From positions 1 to 64,000 of the IMG/VR virus record IMGVR_UViG_3300035703_000005: 64,000 nt of DNA. One strand, given 5' to 3'. The notes beneath the pieces were generated by a model. The model saw only the letters and a program-made list of their open reading frames with translations. It was not told where the DNA came from and ran no database searches. Positions within the stretch are counted from its first letter, which is position 1. Each line of letters opens with the position of its first letter. This document shows positions 27,575 through 37,335 of this stretch, piece after piece. The position numbers and the translations under genes were made by a program.

Positions 27575-29361
27575 TATCCGTCAACTATATTGTAAACCAT
27601 CTTAGAATATAAAGTTAAAAAGTTATCATTATTTGTTGACATCAAAAATGGAACTTGTTGACCTCCTATTTTCTCTGCAGGTAATTGTGGTTTTTGTTGA
27701 GTAGATCTCTGATTCATTCTTCCAGACATGGGAACAATATTTACTTGTGGAGGAGGCGCAATAATAACTGGTTGTGAAACTTGTTGAGCAACTTGTTGTT
27801 GTATTTGCGACTGTTGTGGAGAAGCAGAAACTTGACCTGCAGTTACTTGATTAACCTGAGCTTTTATATCACTCCTTTGAGTAATTTGTTGAGTAACTTG
27901 TTGAGTTGGAACAGGTTGTTGTTTTCCTCTAATATTACTTTGTGTTCCCTTACCAAATTCTTTATGGGCCAGTTCCGCAAATTTATATCTTCTATCCATG
28001 TGCGGAATTCCCGCAGCTAACATTTCTTTTTCAAAAAGATCTGTAGCCTCTTTTACATTTTTGATATCTTTTAGTCTTCTAATAGTTCCACGTTGTCTCA
28101 TTTCCATAATCAACCATTCATATTGAGTTTCCAATTTCATTGGATCTTTTCCACTACTTCTAGCCCAATCGACTAATCTATCCCATCTTTCTCCACTACC
28201 TTTTCCAGTTCCCCATTGAGCAATTCCTCTTCCTGGTCCTCCACCAATTTGTTTTTGTGTCGGATTTACACTAGACTCTTGCATCAGGTTTCCAATTACA
28301 CCAGAAGCTGCTTCTGGTGTAAATCCTTCAGAGATTAAAGCATTATAAACTTTTTCTGCATTAGTATTACCTTTCAGAGATTCTGTTGATACTGGAGCTC
28401 CTCCACCTCCTCCAGGTGGGCTTTGTTCTGATGATGGTGAAGGTTTGAATGAACCAGCAGAAGGTTTTGATCCTTGTTCTCTAGGTTTGAGACCTTTTAG
28501 AACAGAATCGAACCTGTCCAAAATCATACTAAATCTTTCTAACAATGGAGTAGGGACGTTTTCTCCCCCAGCGGATATGGCTTCTACAGTTCCACCTCTG
28601 GGTTGAGCAAGAGCACTGACAACTTGTGATCCCCCCACACCAGCTAAAGCCGCACCACCCAACATTAGTCCTGGGCGTCTTCTCATGGATCTCATTATTC
28701 CAGTTGGGGCACTTCTCTTTAGTCCTCCTCCTGGAACTTTAACATCTAAATTAAGACCAGACCCTCCAGCACTAGCGGTAGGTAAATTTGAAAGTTGATT
28801 GACAACTCTTATAATTGTTTTTCTAATATTTTTTGCTACTTCAAAAGTTTCTGCAAATACTTTTTGTAAATTTTCTAAATTTTCACCAAGTTTTTTGACA
28901 TTGGATGGATTTGCAAAAAAGTTTATATACCCAATAGCCTTATCATAAAGACTTAAAAACTTTTCTAGAATTCTATTTGGAGTTCTTGCATCAATTTGAT
29001 TAACCTTGTCATTATAACTCTTTTCCAATCTATCTAATCTAGAACCTACAATCTGATTAACGTTTTGGTTTATTGATTGGACTCTGGTTTCTACATTATT
29101 TAAAATATTTGAAGATAATGTTTGAATAATTGATCCTAAATCAGGAACTTGGGGAGCAACACCAGCAGCTCCTCTATAAAATCCAACAATTTTATTAGCA
29201 GCAGTCGAAACTACTGAAGAACCTAGAGGAACTCCACCACTAATAAAATTTTGAGCAGCTTCAGCCGTCGTAGTTCTTTCTCTAACAATAGTAGACGGAT
29301 TTAGTGGTGAACTAATTGCCACGATTTGCTGCCTGTTGTGCCTTAAGGTTTTCTTCTTCAA
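27574..29361 (-). CDS. Tail/hub structural protein with phage tail lysozyme (Phage_lysozyme2-like) domain
   Basis: AASGVIGNLMQES...GRGIAQW...LETQYEWL..EM...A...FEKEM. Confidence 0.8.
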   Translation of the reverse strand: MKKKTLRHNRQQIVAISSPLNPSTIVRERTTTAEAAQNFISGGVPLGSSVVSTAANKIVGFYRGAAGVAPQVPDLGSIIQTLSSNILNNVETRVQSINQNVNQIVGSRLDRLEKSYNDKVNQIDARTPNRILEKFLSLYDKAIGYINFFANPSNVKKLGENLENLQKVFAETFEVAKNIRKTIIRVVNQLSNLPTASAGGSGLNLDVKVPGGGLKRSAPTGIMRSMRRRPGLMLGGAALAGVGGSQVVSALAQPRGGTVEAISAGGENVPTPLLERFSMILDRFDSVLKGLKPREQGSKPSAGSFKPSPSSEQSPPGGGGGAPVSTESLKGNTNAEKVYNALISEGFTPEAASGVIGNLMQESSVNPTQKQIGGGPGRGIAQWGTGKGSGERWDRLVDWARSSGKDPMKLETQYEWLIMEMRQRGTIRRLKDIKNVKEATDLFEKEMLAAGIPHMDRRYKFAELAHKEFGKGTQSNIRGKQQPVPTQQVTQQITQRSDIKAQVNQVTAGQVSASPQQSQIQQQVAQQVSQPVIIAPPPQVNIVPMSGRMNQRSTQQKPQLPAEKIGGQQVPFLMSTNNDNFLTLYSKMVYNIVDG

Positions 29362-29497
29362 TATGTTGTTTCAATAGGGCAAGATAAACATCTCTTTCCC
29401 AAGGCATTAAATTTTCAATCTCAGTCAAAGAATATTTATGGAACTGCATAAGAGCAAAGTTGATGCGGAAATATGACTCAAGATCAATATGAGCCAT
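29312..29497 (-). CDS. gp51: Baseplate hub assembly catalyst gp51-like
   Basis: NFALMQFHKYSLTEIENLMPWERDVYLALL; directly after gp26. Confidence 0.75.
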   Translation of the reverse strand: MAHIDLESYFRINFALMQFHKYSLTEIENLMPWERDVYLALLKQHIEEENLKAQQAANRGN

Positions 29498-29499
29498 GA

Positions 29500-30231
29500 T
29501 TAACCGAAAAAACTTGTTAATCCCTCCAACGTTACAGTATTCTCTTGTTTAGTCTTTGGATTTACCACAGTAAATGTATGTTCTAGTTTGGGCATAGTTT
29601 CAAAAAACTCTTCAATCTTTTTAAACTGTGAAGAATTCATACTTTCAATAAATTCAATTAATTCTTTTTTAGTTACATCAGAAGCAGCCCAAGATTCTTC
29701 TGCAGTAAAAATCATTTCAATACAACAAGAAATGATATCAAAGGACTTTTCAATTGTTGAAACTGATTCATCGGATCGTTTAAAGTCAAAATTATTCTTA
29801 ATAAATTGATCCAATGAAGGATATTTCATTTTAACTACGATTTTATCATCAACTTTAATTTCTGTTGTATGATTTGGATCTTTTTGTACTTTAACTTCAT
29901 CAACAAAAATTTTAACGGGAACTTCTGTTTCTCCATCATCTGCACAAGTCACGATAAGATCAATCGACTCTCCTACAGATTTTCCACGAACATTTAAGAA
30001 AATATATTCAATATCAAAAGAAGGTAGTTCTTCTACTTTAATATTTCTAGTTAAAATACAATCTTTTAGAACAGATTTAATTGCAAGAGTGATTTGTTTA
30101 ATATCCTGACTTTCTAAAGCTAGAATTAAAACTTTTTCTTCTTTAACTAAAAATGGTCTATATTTTATAGTTTTTCCTGTAGATGGCAACTCAAGTTCAT
30201 AAGTTGGTGTAGCAATTTTTGGTAATGGCAT
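29500..30231 (-). CDS. gp26: Baseplate hub subunit gp26
   Basis: MPLPKI.TPTY...IKYRPFLVKEEK; FDIEYIFLNVRGKSVGE. Confidence 0.9.
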   Translation of the reverse strand: MPLPKIATPTYELELPSTGKTIKYRPFLVKEEKVLILALESQDIKQITLAIKSVLKDCILTRNIKVEELPSFDIEYIFLNVRGKSVGESIDLIVTCADDGETEVPVKIFVDEVKVQKDPNHTTEIKVDDKIVVKMKYPSLDQFIKNNFDFKRSDESVSTIEKSFDIISCCIEMIFTAEESWAASDVTKKELIEFIESMNSSQFKKIEEFFETMPKLEHTFTVVNPKTKQENTVTLEGLTSFFG

Positions 30232-30261
30232 TGGAATGATTACGAATTCAGTTAATGATAT

Positions 30262-31182
30262 TTATCGGTTGGTATTGATGGTTGCAGAACTTGTATTTGC
30301 ATTACTTTGGCCAACTGGACTACCTTGTTCAGAGACAACTTGAGGACTTGCAAGAAGTAATCTTTCTCCATTATTTGTGATGAGTTCATTGAATTTGGAA
30401 AATCCTGTTCCAAAGTGTTTCATAACAGTATATCTATCATAATTAAATGTAACTGTCGTTTTGGTAATTGTACTTCCATCATAAGATACTGGTAAAGCAG
30501 TTAAATTTGTAGGAAATGCATTCACAAATCTATAAGTCAACATTGAGGGAGTTCTTTGAACATCTCCAGTATTACTAATTTCAAAGTCTCTTTCAAATTT
30601 TGTTATAGCCAATTCTCTCTTATAGGTATCTGGATATCTCATTCTGTAGAAATTAGTATTTTCAAATGCAGCTTTATTACTGGTACTACCTCTTTCAGAA
30701 GGACCAAATGGAGATGATCCCGAATAAAGAGGATTAATGAAATTCATCCACTCTTCGAAAAGACGAATGATATTATAATCGGAATCAACGTAAAACTCTA
30801 AGGTTAGATCTGCAAACTGACGCATCACCGGAAATCTTTCAGTAACTCCTTGTCTACTTCCAATCTCTTCTGTCATAGAAAAAGTAGAACCAGGCAAAAC
30901 TGCACTGTGACACATGAACTCATACTTTAGGGTAGATAAAGCTTCTGGAAAAATTCCACATGCGGATAACCAAGAGTTAATATCTTCAGATTGCCCTGGA
31001 TTGCTAGCAAAAAATAAAGTGGTCTTAAATTGGCTAGTTACAGAAAGCTGACCAAATAGATCTCTAACACTAGGTAATGCACCTCTACCATCATTGGTAT
31101 CTCTAGGTACAGTCATTCTAATGTAAAGTGGATCCACTCTATATGGATTACTTGGGTAATCAACTCTAAATGGTTCCGCCAT
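30262..31182 (-). CDS. Tail tube-fold protein, gp54/gp19-like
   Basis: LTLEFYVD...FEEWMNFI, ITKFERD, TYRFVNAFP...TVTFNYDRY. Confidence 0.6.
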   Translation of the reverse strand: MAEPFRVDYPSNPYRVDPLYIRMTVPRDTNDGRGALPSVRDLFGQLSVTSQFKTTLFFASNPGQSEDINSWLSACGIFPEALSTLKYEFMCHSAVLPGSTFSMTEEIGSRQGVTERFPVMRQFADLTLEFYVDSDYNIIRLFEEWMNFINPLYSGSSPFGPSERGSTSNKAAFENTNFYRMRYPDTYKRELAITKFERDFEISNTGDVQRTPSMLTYRFVNAFPTNLTALPVSYDGSTITKTTVTFNYDRYTVMKHFGTGFSKFNELITNNGERLLLASPQVVSEQGSPVGQSNANTSSATINTNR

Positions 31183-31183
31183 C

Positions 31184-31191
31184 TATAAATA
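31184..31191 (+). promoter_or_regulatory. T4 late promoter TATAAATA for gp4-gp2-gp48-gp53
   Basis: Exact consensus upstream of gp4. Confidence 0.7.
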
Positions 31192-31216
31192 TTTTTTGAG
31201 GATCTATAGTATGTAT

Positions 31217-31654
31217 ATGAGTTATAAGGGAAAATACAAACCAGAAAACCCCAAAAAATATAAAGGAGACCCCACAAATATCGTTTATCGTTCTTTGTGG
31301 GAGAGGAAGTTCATGAGATATTGTGATCTTACGGAAAGTGTGGATCAATGGCAATCTGAAGAATTCTGGGTTCCATATAGATCTCCTCTTGATGGAAAAG
31401 TTCATAGATATTTTCCAGATTTTTTTGTAAAATATAAAGATAAAGAAGGAAATACACGAACAGTAGTGATTGAGATAAAACCTAAAAAAGAATTGGAAAT
31501 GCCGGAACAAAATCCCAAAAGAAGAACGAAAGCCTGGGCATATAAAGTTCAGACTTGGGTAAAAAATCAGGCAAAGTGGAAAGCAGCAAGAGAATATTGT
31601 GCAGATCGTAACTACGAATTCCGAATCATGACTGAGGAGGATTTAGGAATATGA
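31217..31654 (+). CDS. gp4: Head completion nuclease gp4
   Basis: YKGKYKPENPKKYKGDPTNIVYRSLWE, HRYFPDF, EIKP, NQAKW. Confidence 0.92.
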   Translation: MSYKGKYKPENPKKYKGDPTNIVYRSLWERKFMRYCDLTESVDQWQSEEFWVPYRSPLDGKVHRYFPDFFVKYKDKEGNTRTVVIEIKPKKELEMPEQNPKRRTKAWAYKVQTWVKNQAKWKAAREYCADRNYEFRIMTEEDLGI

Positions 31655-32175
31655 AAGACTTACCATACGAAAAGGGTAAAGGTATTGGTGACCAGATCAT
31701 AAGAGAAGCTGGAAAGAAAAATCGCAGTGGAGATTGGTATAGTGGTAGATTACGACAAATTCTTGGAGAACTTCAAAAAGATGATATAAATCTTCTCGAT
31801 ACTGGCGGCATTGAAGTTGGAAAAATGTATTTTTTCATTTATGGTGCAAATAGCCCTAAACTATCTTTTTTTGATAGACAACCTTTAACATACATTACGG
31901 AAATTAATTATAACCAAGGATATTTTATAGGTATTAATTTACATTATGTTGGAAGACAATATCGGGAGGGGCTTGCAAAAAGTTTAATAAATAAGTCAGA
32001 TACCGTAGGTGTTCCTCGCAATACTATTCATCGTTACTTTTTTTCTGGAGTTGCTGGAGGATTTTTAAGAGTTCCAGAAAAGGATTGGCCCTCCGTTGCA
32101 TTATTACCAACTGAAAAATTTGTTGATATGAGAGGACAATCTTTCCCGAATCATAAAGCCTGGAGCAAACCTTAA
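31651..32175 (+). CDS. gp2: DNA end protector gp2-like
   Basis: GKMYFFIY, FFDRQPL, FIGINLHY, W..VALLPTEKF; gp4-gp2 order. Confidence 0.75.
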   Translation: MKDLPYEKGKGIGDQIIREAGKKNRSGDWYSGRLRQILGELQKDDINLLDTGGIEVGKMYFFIYGANSPKLSFFDRQPLTYITEINYNQGYFIGINLHYVGRQYREGLAKSLINKSDTVGVPRNTIHRYFFSGVAGGFLRVPEKDWPSVALLPTEKFVDMRGQSFPNHKAWSKP

Positions 32176-33660
32176 GTGGCATATCAAAATTTAAGTCCAA
32201 AACCATATTTGTCAAATAATGGAGTAAATTATTTACTTCAATACGATCCAAACAATGGTGCAGTTCAAGTCATTCAGGAGAATGCTCCTGCAGGAACTCA
32301 ACCAATTTATAAGGATGGAAATTGGACTTCATTTGCAAATGATACAACGATAGTCAATCAAGAGAAAATATCTATACATAACAATATTCAACGTTCGGTT
32401 CAAAACGCACATAAAGCCGGTGGTGGTAATGCAAAAGGACTGAGATTACCTCTTTGGGCAGCAAGTGCTCAACAAGGAAGTCTTCCCGGTTCCACTAATG
32501 TAGAGATACCTAATTCAGCAAATGGAAATTCCTCAAGTGGCGGTGGAATTACTGGAGCTTTTGGGTCAGTTTTAGATCCAAATGAAACATTAAAAAATAT
32601 ATCAGTAGCAAATGAAAATTTATATGGACCTGCGAATGAAAGATCATTATTCAAAAGAGATGATCTGAGATATCCAACTGATCTAAAAATAAAAGAACAA
32701 GATGTATTGGTAATTAGTCAACATAGATACTCACCACCCCTTGGTCAAGATTTTTTAAGTTCTAATTTTAATGATATTATACAAGGGGGATTTCTAAGAA
32801 GAACTGATGTTCTGGAAGAAACACTCGGTACAGTATATTTTCCCATGCCCACCAGTATTGTAGAAAGTAAAGATGCTGGTTGGGGTCCTGATAATATGAA
32901 TAATCTAGCGGGTGCTTTAACAAATCTAGCTTTAAATAATACAGAGGCTTTAGGAGTTGCTGGTGGAGTTGGTGGAATTTTGGGTAAGATTGCACAAAGT
33001 AAACTTGGTGTAGGTGGAGTTTTATCTGGAGCACGGGCTGGAGTTCAAGCAGGAGCATATGGAGCTTTAGCTGCAGGAATGATGCAACAGGGAACTCAAG
33101 ATGCACAAGCTTTATTTGGGACAAGTATGGTCAGTAATCTTATAGGATTAACTGGATATGAAGTTCCTACAGAAACTATTTTATCTAGAGGTGCAGGAAT
33201 AGTTCCTAACGAAAATTTAGAATTATTATTTACTGGACCAAGCCTTAGAACTTTTACAATTAGTTATAGACTTACGGCAAGAAGTAGAGATGAAGCAAAA
33301 ATAATAAGACTTATCATAAGATTTTTCAAACAGGGAATGTCACCTAAAAAAAGAAGAGGTGCAGCAGGAGCAAGATCTTTCTTTTTAGGAACACCAAATG
33401 TATTCAGACTAAAGTTTATAACTACCGGTGGGAGCGAAATTGAGGGAGTATCTAAATTTAAAACCTGTGCTCTAACATCCTTTCAAACAGATTACACTCC
33501 AGATGGATTTTGGAGTGCATATGAAAATGGGCAACCAGTATCTACAAGAATTAGTATAAACTTTGCTGAGTTAGAGCCAATTTATGATACGGATTATCAG
33601 AGTGATGTATTCCCAGAAACAGGTCTTTCACCAGTTACAGATTCTCAAGTAGGTTACTAA
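32176..33660 (+). CDS. gp48: Baseplate tail tube cap gp48
   Basis: LRYP, YFPMP, NENLELLFTGPSLRTF, F.TPNVFRL, CALTSF..DYTPDG, FAELEPI; GTG start. Confidence 0.85.
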   Translation: MAYQNLSPKPYLSNNGVNYLLQYDPNNGAVQVIQENAPAGTQPIYKDGNWTSFANDTTIVNQEKISIHNNIQRSVQNAHKAGGGNAKGLRLPLWAASAQQGSLPGSTNVEIPNSANGNSSSGGGITGAFGSVLDPNETLKNISVANENLYGPANERSLFKRDDLRYPTDLKIKEQDVLVISQHRYSPPLGQDFLSSNFNDIIQGGFLRRTDVLEETLGTVYFPMPTSIVESKDAGWGPDNMNNLAGALTNLALNNTEALGVAGGVGGILGKIAQSKLGVGGVLSGARAGVQAGAYGALAAGMMQQGTQDAQALFGTSMVSNLIGLTGYEVPTETILSRGAGIVPNENLELLFTGPSLRTFTISYRLTARSRDEAKIIRLIIRFFKQGMSPKKRRGAAGARSFFLGTPNVFRLKFITTGGSEIEGVSKFKTCALTSFQTDYTPDGFWSAYENGQPVSTRISINFAELEPIYDTDYQSDVFPETGLSPVTDSQVGY

Positions 33661-33661
33661 T

Positions 33662-35998
33662 ATGTCATATTTCAGAGAACTTCCAAATTTAGAATATGTC
33701 AATAGATTCAAAAATTCTGGATCTAATGATGAAACTACAATAGCAAAAAATATTTTCAAAAGACCAAAATTACGTGAAGATCTTGGTTCTATTTTTTCTT
33801 CTTTTGATTATTACTCTGTTCAGGATGGCGAAAGACCAGATCATATTTCAGATAAGGTTTATGGCGATCCTCAATATGATTGGGTCATCCTAATTGCTAA
33901 CAATATTATTAACGTTAATGATGAATGGCCTTTAAGTTCTGCTCAATTAAATGAATATTTACTCAAAAAATATCCTACAGAAGAAGAATTGCAATCAATA
34001 AGGTATTATGAAACAATAGAACTTAAAGATTCAAATGGTAGAGTCGTATTACCTGGAGGATTGATTGTAGATGAGGCTTTTTACAAAGCTCCAGAGTATG
34101 AAAGTTTGGATGAATTGCCTCCTGGAATTACCTTTCCTCCAATATTTTTAAATGGAATTGTAGCGATTACTAGTTCAGTTCTAGGAAATACAGCTAGTGA
34201 TCAATATAGTGTTCAATCGGTAATTGTCCAAAACGAAGGGAGGGGATATAAAACAACTCCTTTAGTTCAATTCTCGGAACCAACAATAACCGAACTTGCA
34301 ACCGCAACTGCAGGAATAACAAGTTTTAGTGTGAGTTCAATAGTAGGTTTAAGTACTGGAAGAGGATATAGATCTACTCCACAAGTCACCTTTTCGGAGC
34401 CTCCTATCTCAGTTCAAGCAACTGCAACCTGTTCATTGGGAACAGATTTTAATGCAAATAAAGTTGCAACAATTTCAATTACAAATAATGGTATTGGTTA
34501 TGGAGTTACTTCTCCCACTGTAACGTTTTCCTTACCACCTGAGTTCATTGTTGGAGCAACATATACAAATGAGTCCCAAAATGCAGTTGGTGATCAAATA
34601 GATGGAATGTATATTCGTTCCGATGGAATGAGATTATATACAGCTAGCACTTTCGGAACACCTTTACTAAGACAATATAGTTTTTCTACCGCTTGGAATG
34701 TAAGAACTCTGAGTTCAAGTGGAAGTCTAGATGTAAGTGACAAATTCTCATATTGTAGTGGAATAGAACTAAGTCCAGACGGTACTAGGTTATATGTGGT
34801 TGGAGGAAAAAGTGGTTCATTCTTAGTTGCACAATATAGTCTATCAAGTCCATGGACAATTTCTTCTGCTTCTTTTGTTTCCCAACTTCTTCTAACTGCT
34901 CCAGGTGGTGTTAGATTAAAATCAGATGGAACTAGGTTGTATATATTAAATTCCAATTCACCAGATAGTATTCAAGAATACGAATTATCAATTCCATGGA
35001 ACGTTAGTTCTGCATCTCTTTTAAATTCCTATAATATAGAATCTTCAACTGGTGATAATGGCATTTTGGGTTTTTCTTTTAATACAGAAGGAACCAAAAT
35101 GTTTGCGACTGGAGTTTCCAACTCTTCGATTTATGAATTTGATTTGGAAAGTTGGAACTTAAGTACATTAACTTTTAAAACACTTTTATATGTTGGTGAT
35201 AGGATTTCTAATCCTTCCGATGCATTTGTTAGTCCAAATGTAGAAAAACTACTTTCTGTCGGAGGATCTGGTGATAGACTATTTGAATACACTATAAACG
35301 TAAGGGCAAAGGGTACGGCAACAGTATTAAATAGTTCTGTCAGTCAGATTACATTAACAAATTCTGGTATAGGTTATACAGAACCACCAACTATTACAAT
35401 TTCCGCTCCATATCCATCGGTAAGAGCTCAGGGCATTTCATCAATATCTTCTGGTCATGTTTCATCAATTACGATAACTAATCCTGGTTTTGGATATATA
35501 CTATCACCGACAATCACGATAGAATCTCCTCCTGAATATAGAACAGCTTCTGGAATAGCAAGTGTAAGTGATGGAAAATTAATTTCAATTACTGTTATAG
35601 ATGGAGGGGTTAATTATGATCAACCACCAACTGTAACATTATCAGTATTACCTGAACCAGTAGTGAATGTTGAAATCAACGAAACATATTCACAAAACAA
35701 TAAAACTTGGAAATGGACTGGAAGTGAATGGCAAGAAAAAATTACAGAAGAATTTAAATTTTTAGACAATGAATTAATTGTTAATGTTTTCGGAAACGCA
35801 ATATCAAAACCAATCACTAACTATGAACATGAAATTCGAATAAATGAACAAAAAAGAGTGATTATAGTTCCAAGACCTGAATATTTAACTGGTATAGTAA
35901 AAGACCTTAAAGATATGATGAAATATGATAAAGAAGCCCCTGGAGTAATAAACTCTAAATTAAAGAGAACCTATAATCCCAAATTAACTGGAGTTTGA
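33662..35998 (+). CDS. gp53: Baseplate wedge gp53 with large internal insertion
   Basis: MSYFRELPNLEY, GERPD...YGDPQYDWVIL N-terminus and TNYEHE...NEQKR.I C-terminus around about 560 extra aa. Confidence 0.8.
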   Translation: MSYFRELPNLEYVNRFKNSGSNDETTIAKNIFKRPKLREDLGSIFSSFDYYSVQDGERPDHISDKVYGDPQYDWVILIANNIINVNDEWPLSSAQLNEYLLKKYPTEEELQSIRYYETIELKDSNGRVVLPGGLIVDEAFYKAPEYESLDELPPGITFPPIFLNGIVAITSSVLGNTASDQYSVQSVIVQNEGRGYKTTPLVQFSEPTITELATATAGITSFSVSSIVGLSTGRGYRSTPQVTFSEPPISVQATATCSLGTDFNANKVATISITNNGIGYGVTSPTVTFSLPPEFIVGATYTNESQNAVGDQIDGMYIRSDGMRLYTASTFGTPLLRQYSFSTAWNVRTLSSSGSLDVSDKFSYCSGIELSPDGTRLYVVGGKSGSFLVAQYSLSSPWTISSASFVSQLLLTAPGGVRLKSDGTRLYILNSNSPDSIQEYELSIPWNVSSASLLNSYNIESSTGDNGILGFSFNTEGTKMFATGVSNSSIYEFDLESWNLSTLTFKTLLYVGDRISNPSDAFVSPNVEKLLSVGGSGDRLFEYTINVRAKGTATVLNSSVSQITLTNSGIGYTEPPTITISAPYPSVRAQGISSISSGHVSSITITNPGFGYILSPTITIESPPEYRTASGIASVSDGKLISITVIDGGVNYDQPPTVTLSVLPEPVVNVEINETYSQNNKTWKWTGSEWQEKITEEFKFLDNELIVNVFGNAISKPITNYEHEIRINEQKRVIIVPRPEYLTGIVKDLKDMMKYDKEAPGVINSKLKRTYNPKLTGV

Positions 35999-36285
35999 TA
36001 ATGAGTCATATAAAAGTATTTTTTATCGCAAAGATAAAAAATTTCAATGAAGAATATGAAAACTATAATAAAAATTTATTCGAAAGTGCTAAAAAAATAC
36101 CAGGATTTATTGACATTGAAAGTCAACAAATTGATGATGTTGAGATAACAATAAGTATGTGGAAAAGTAAAGATGATGTTATAAAATGGTCAAAAGATCC
36201 GGAACATGTAGAAGCAAAAAGAAAAGTTTATGATTGGTATCATTGGGTTAAAGGAATTCACTTAGAATGTGTAGATGATAATTAA
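35995..36285 (+). CDS. ABM (antibiotic biosynthesis monooxygenase)-like domain protein
   Basis: A.KIPGFI.IE...ITISMWKS.DDV.KW..DPEHVEAK...WY. Confidence 0.65.
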   Translation: MIMSHIKVFFIAKIKNFNEEYENYNKNLFESAKKIPGFIDIESQQIDDVEITISMWKSKDDVIKWSKDPEHVEAKRKVYDWYHWVKGIHLECVDDN

Positions 36286-36291
36286 CAAAAA

Positions 36292-36317
36292 AAATCTCCT
36301 ACCGAAGTAGGAGATTT
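36292..36317. terminator. Terminator between convergent genes (TTCG loop on the minus strand)
   Basis: AAATCTCCTAC-CGAA-GTAGGAGATTT; long T run on the minus strand. Confidence 0.85.
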
Positions 36318-36325
36318 AAAGTTTA

Positions 36326-37249
36326 TCAGGACTCTGCAAGTTTCTGGAAATAACTCAGAGCATCATCTGCATCTTCATCATCTTCTTCTTGAACTGCAGG
36401 TCGAGCAATTTCAAAGGAAGGAGTGGAACGTTTCGGGGCGGATTCACCACGACGTTCTGATTCCCACTGTTCGTCCTCTTCAACGGTCTCAGGATCCTGT
36501 CGTGCAGGAGCTTTTGCACCCAGAACATAATCCAGACGCTTCTTCAGTTCATCATAGGATTTGAAGTTTGATGTAGCACTGAACTCATTCAGATCATTGA
36601 GATTCTTATAGATGCGTTCCAGTTTGTCATCATCATCCAGAAGTGCAGAAGGTTTTTCAAACTCAGACTTATCGTAGTTCCAGTAACCTTCAACTTTACG
36701 AATCTTCAGTTTAAAGTTGGCACCAGTCCAGAAGTCAAAAGGATTCACAGCTTCTTCATCTGCAAACTGAGGTTGCATTGCTTCGGTAATCTTATCATAG
36801 ATTTTCTTACCGAACTTGTAGAGGAACACACGACCCTCGTTCTCAGGGTGTGCAGGATCACTCACCACATAGATGTTGGCATAGTAAGAGAGTTTGCGTT
36901 TCTGTTTCCGAGCAATCTCCTTGTCACGATCAGATCCAGAGTTCCACAGAACACGATTGTGTTCAGACACTGGATCTTTTTGTCCCAGAGTCGTCAGAGA
37001 GTTTTCGATGTACCAACCACCAGGGCCTTGGAATGCATGACTCCAAACTTGGGCCCAAGGAAGTTCACATCCTTCGGGTGCAGGGAGGAATCGGATGACT
37101 GCATAACCATTTCCGGCTTTGTCTACTTCGGGTTTCCAGAAGCGGTCATCAGCACCACCTTCTCCACTATTCAGTTTTTCGACTTGTTTGATCAGTTTTT
37201 CAGTCAGTGAACCAGCACGGGACTGTTTCTTGAGATCAGCAAAAGACAT
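36326..37249 (-). CDS. gp32: Single-stranded DNA-binding protein gp32
   Basis: DDRFWKP..DKAGNGYAVIRFLPA, GGWYIENS, YNKSEF-like YDKSEF, acidic tail. Confidence 0.97.
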   Translation of the reverse strand: MSFADLKKQSRAGSLTEKLIKQVEKLNSGEGGADDRFWKPEVDKAGNGYAVIRFLPAPEGCELPWAQVWSHAFQGPGGWYIENSLTTLGQKDPVSEHNRVLWNSGSDRDKEIARKQKRKLSYYANIYVVSDPAHPENEGRVFLYKFGKKIYDKITEAMQPQFADEEAVNPFDFWTGANFKLKIRKVEGYWNYDKSEFEKPSALLDDDDKLERIYKNLNDLNEFSATSNFKSYDELKKRLDYVLGAKAPARQDPETVEEDEQWESERRGESAPKRSTPSFEIARPAVQEEDDEDADDALSYFQKLAES

Positions 37250-37293
37250 TTGTATTCTCCGTATTGAGTGTATTTGGCCTTTGGGACGACTTT

Positions 37294-37322
37294 ATCTTAC
37301 ACGGGGTAGGAATGGTTGTCAA
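37294..37322 (-). promoter_or_regulatory. Sigma70-type promoter for gp32
   Basis: TTGACA 37322-37317, 17-nt spacer, TAAGAT 37299-37294. Confidence 0.75.
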
Positions 37323-37335
37323 GCCGGAGTTTTGA

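Noticed and set aside
25679-29361. Gly/Ala- and Gln/Pro-rich stretches as DNA repeat elements
   Set aside because: They are protein-level low complexity with degenerate codons, not nucleotide tandem arrays.
31217-31654. TnsA-like transposon nuclease
   Set aside because: Sequence and the gp4-gp2-gp48-gp53 synteny identify it as T4 gp4, which shares the fold; no transposon ends or TnsB/C.
34100-35800. Intein or intron in gp53
   Set aside because: The frame is continuous, with no intein splice-junction motifs (terminal His-Asn) or homing-endonuclease signature; the insert is made of structural repeats.
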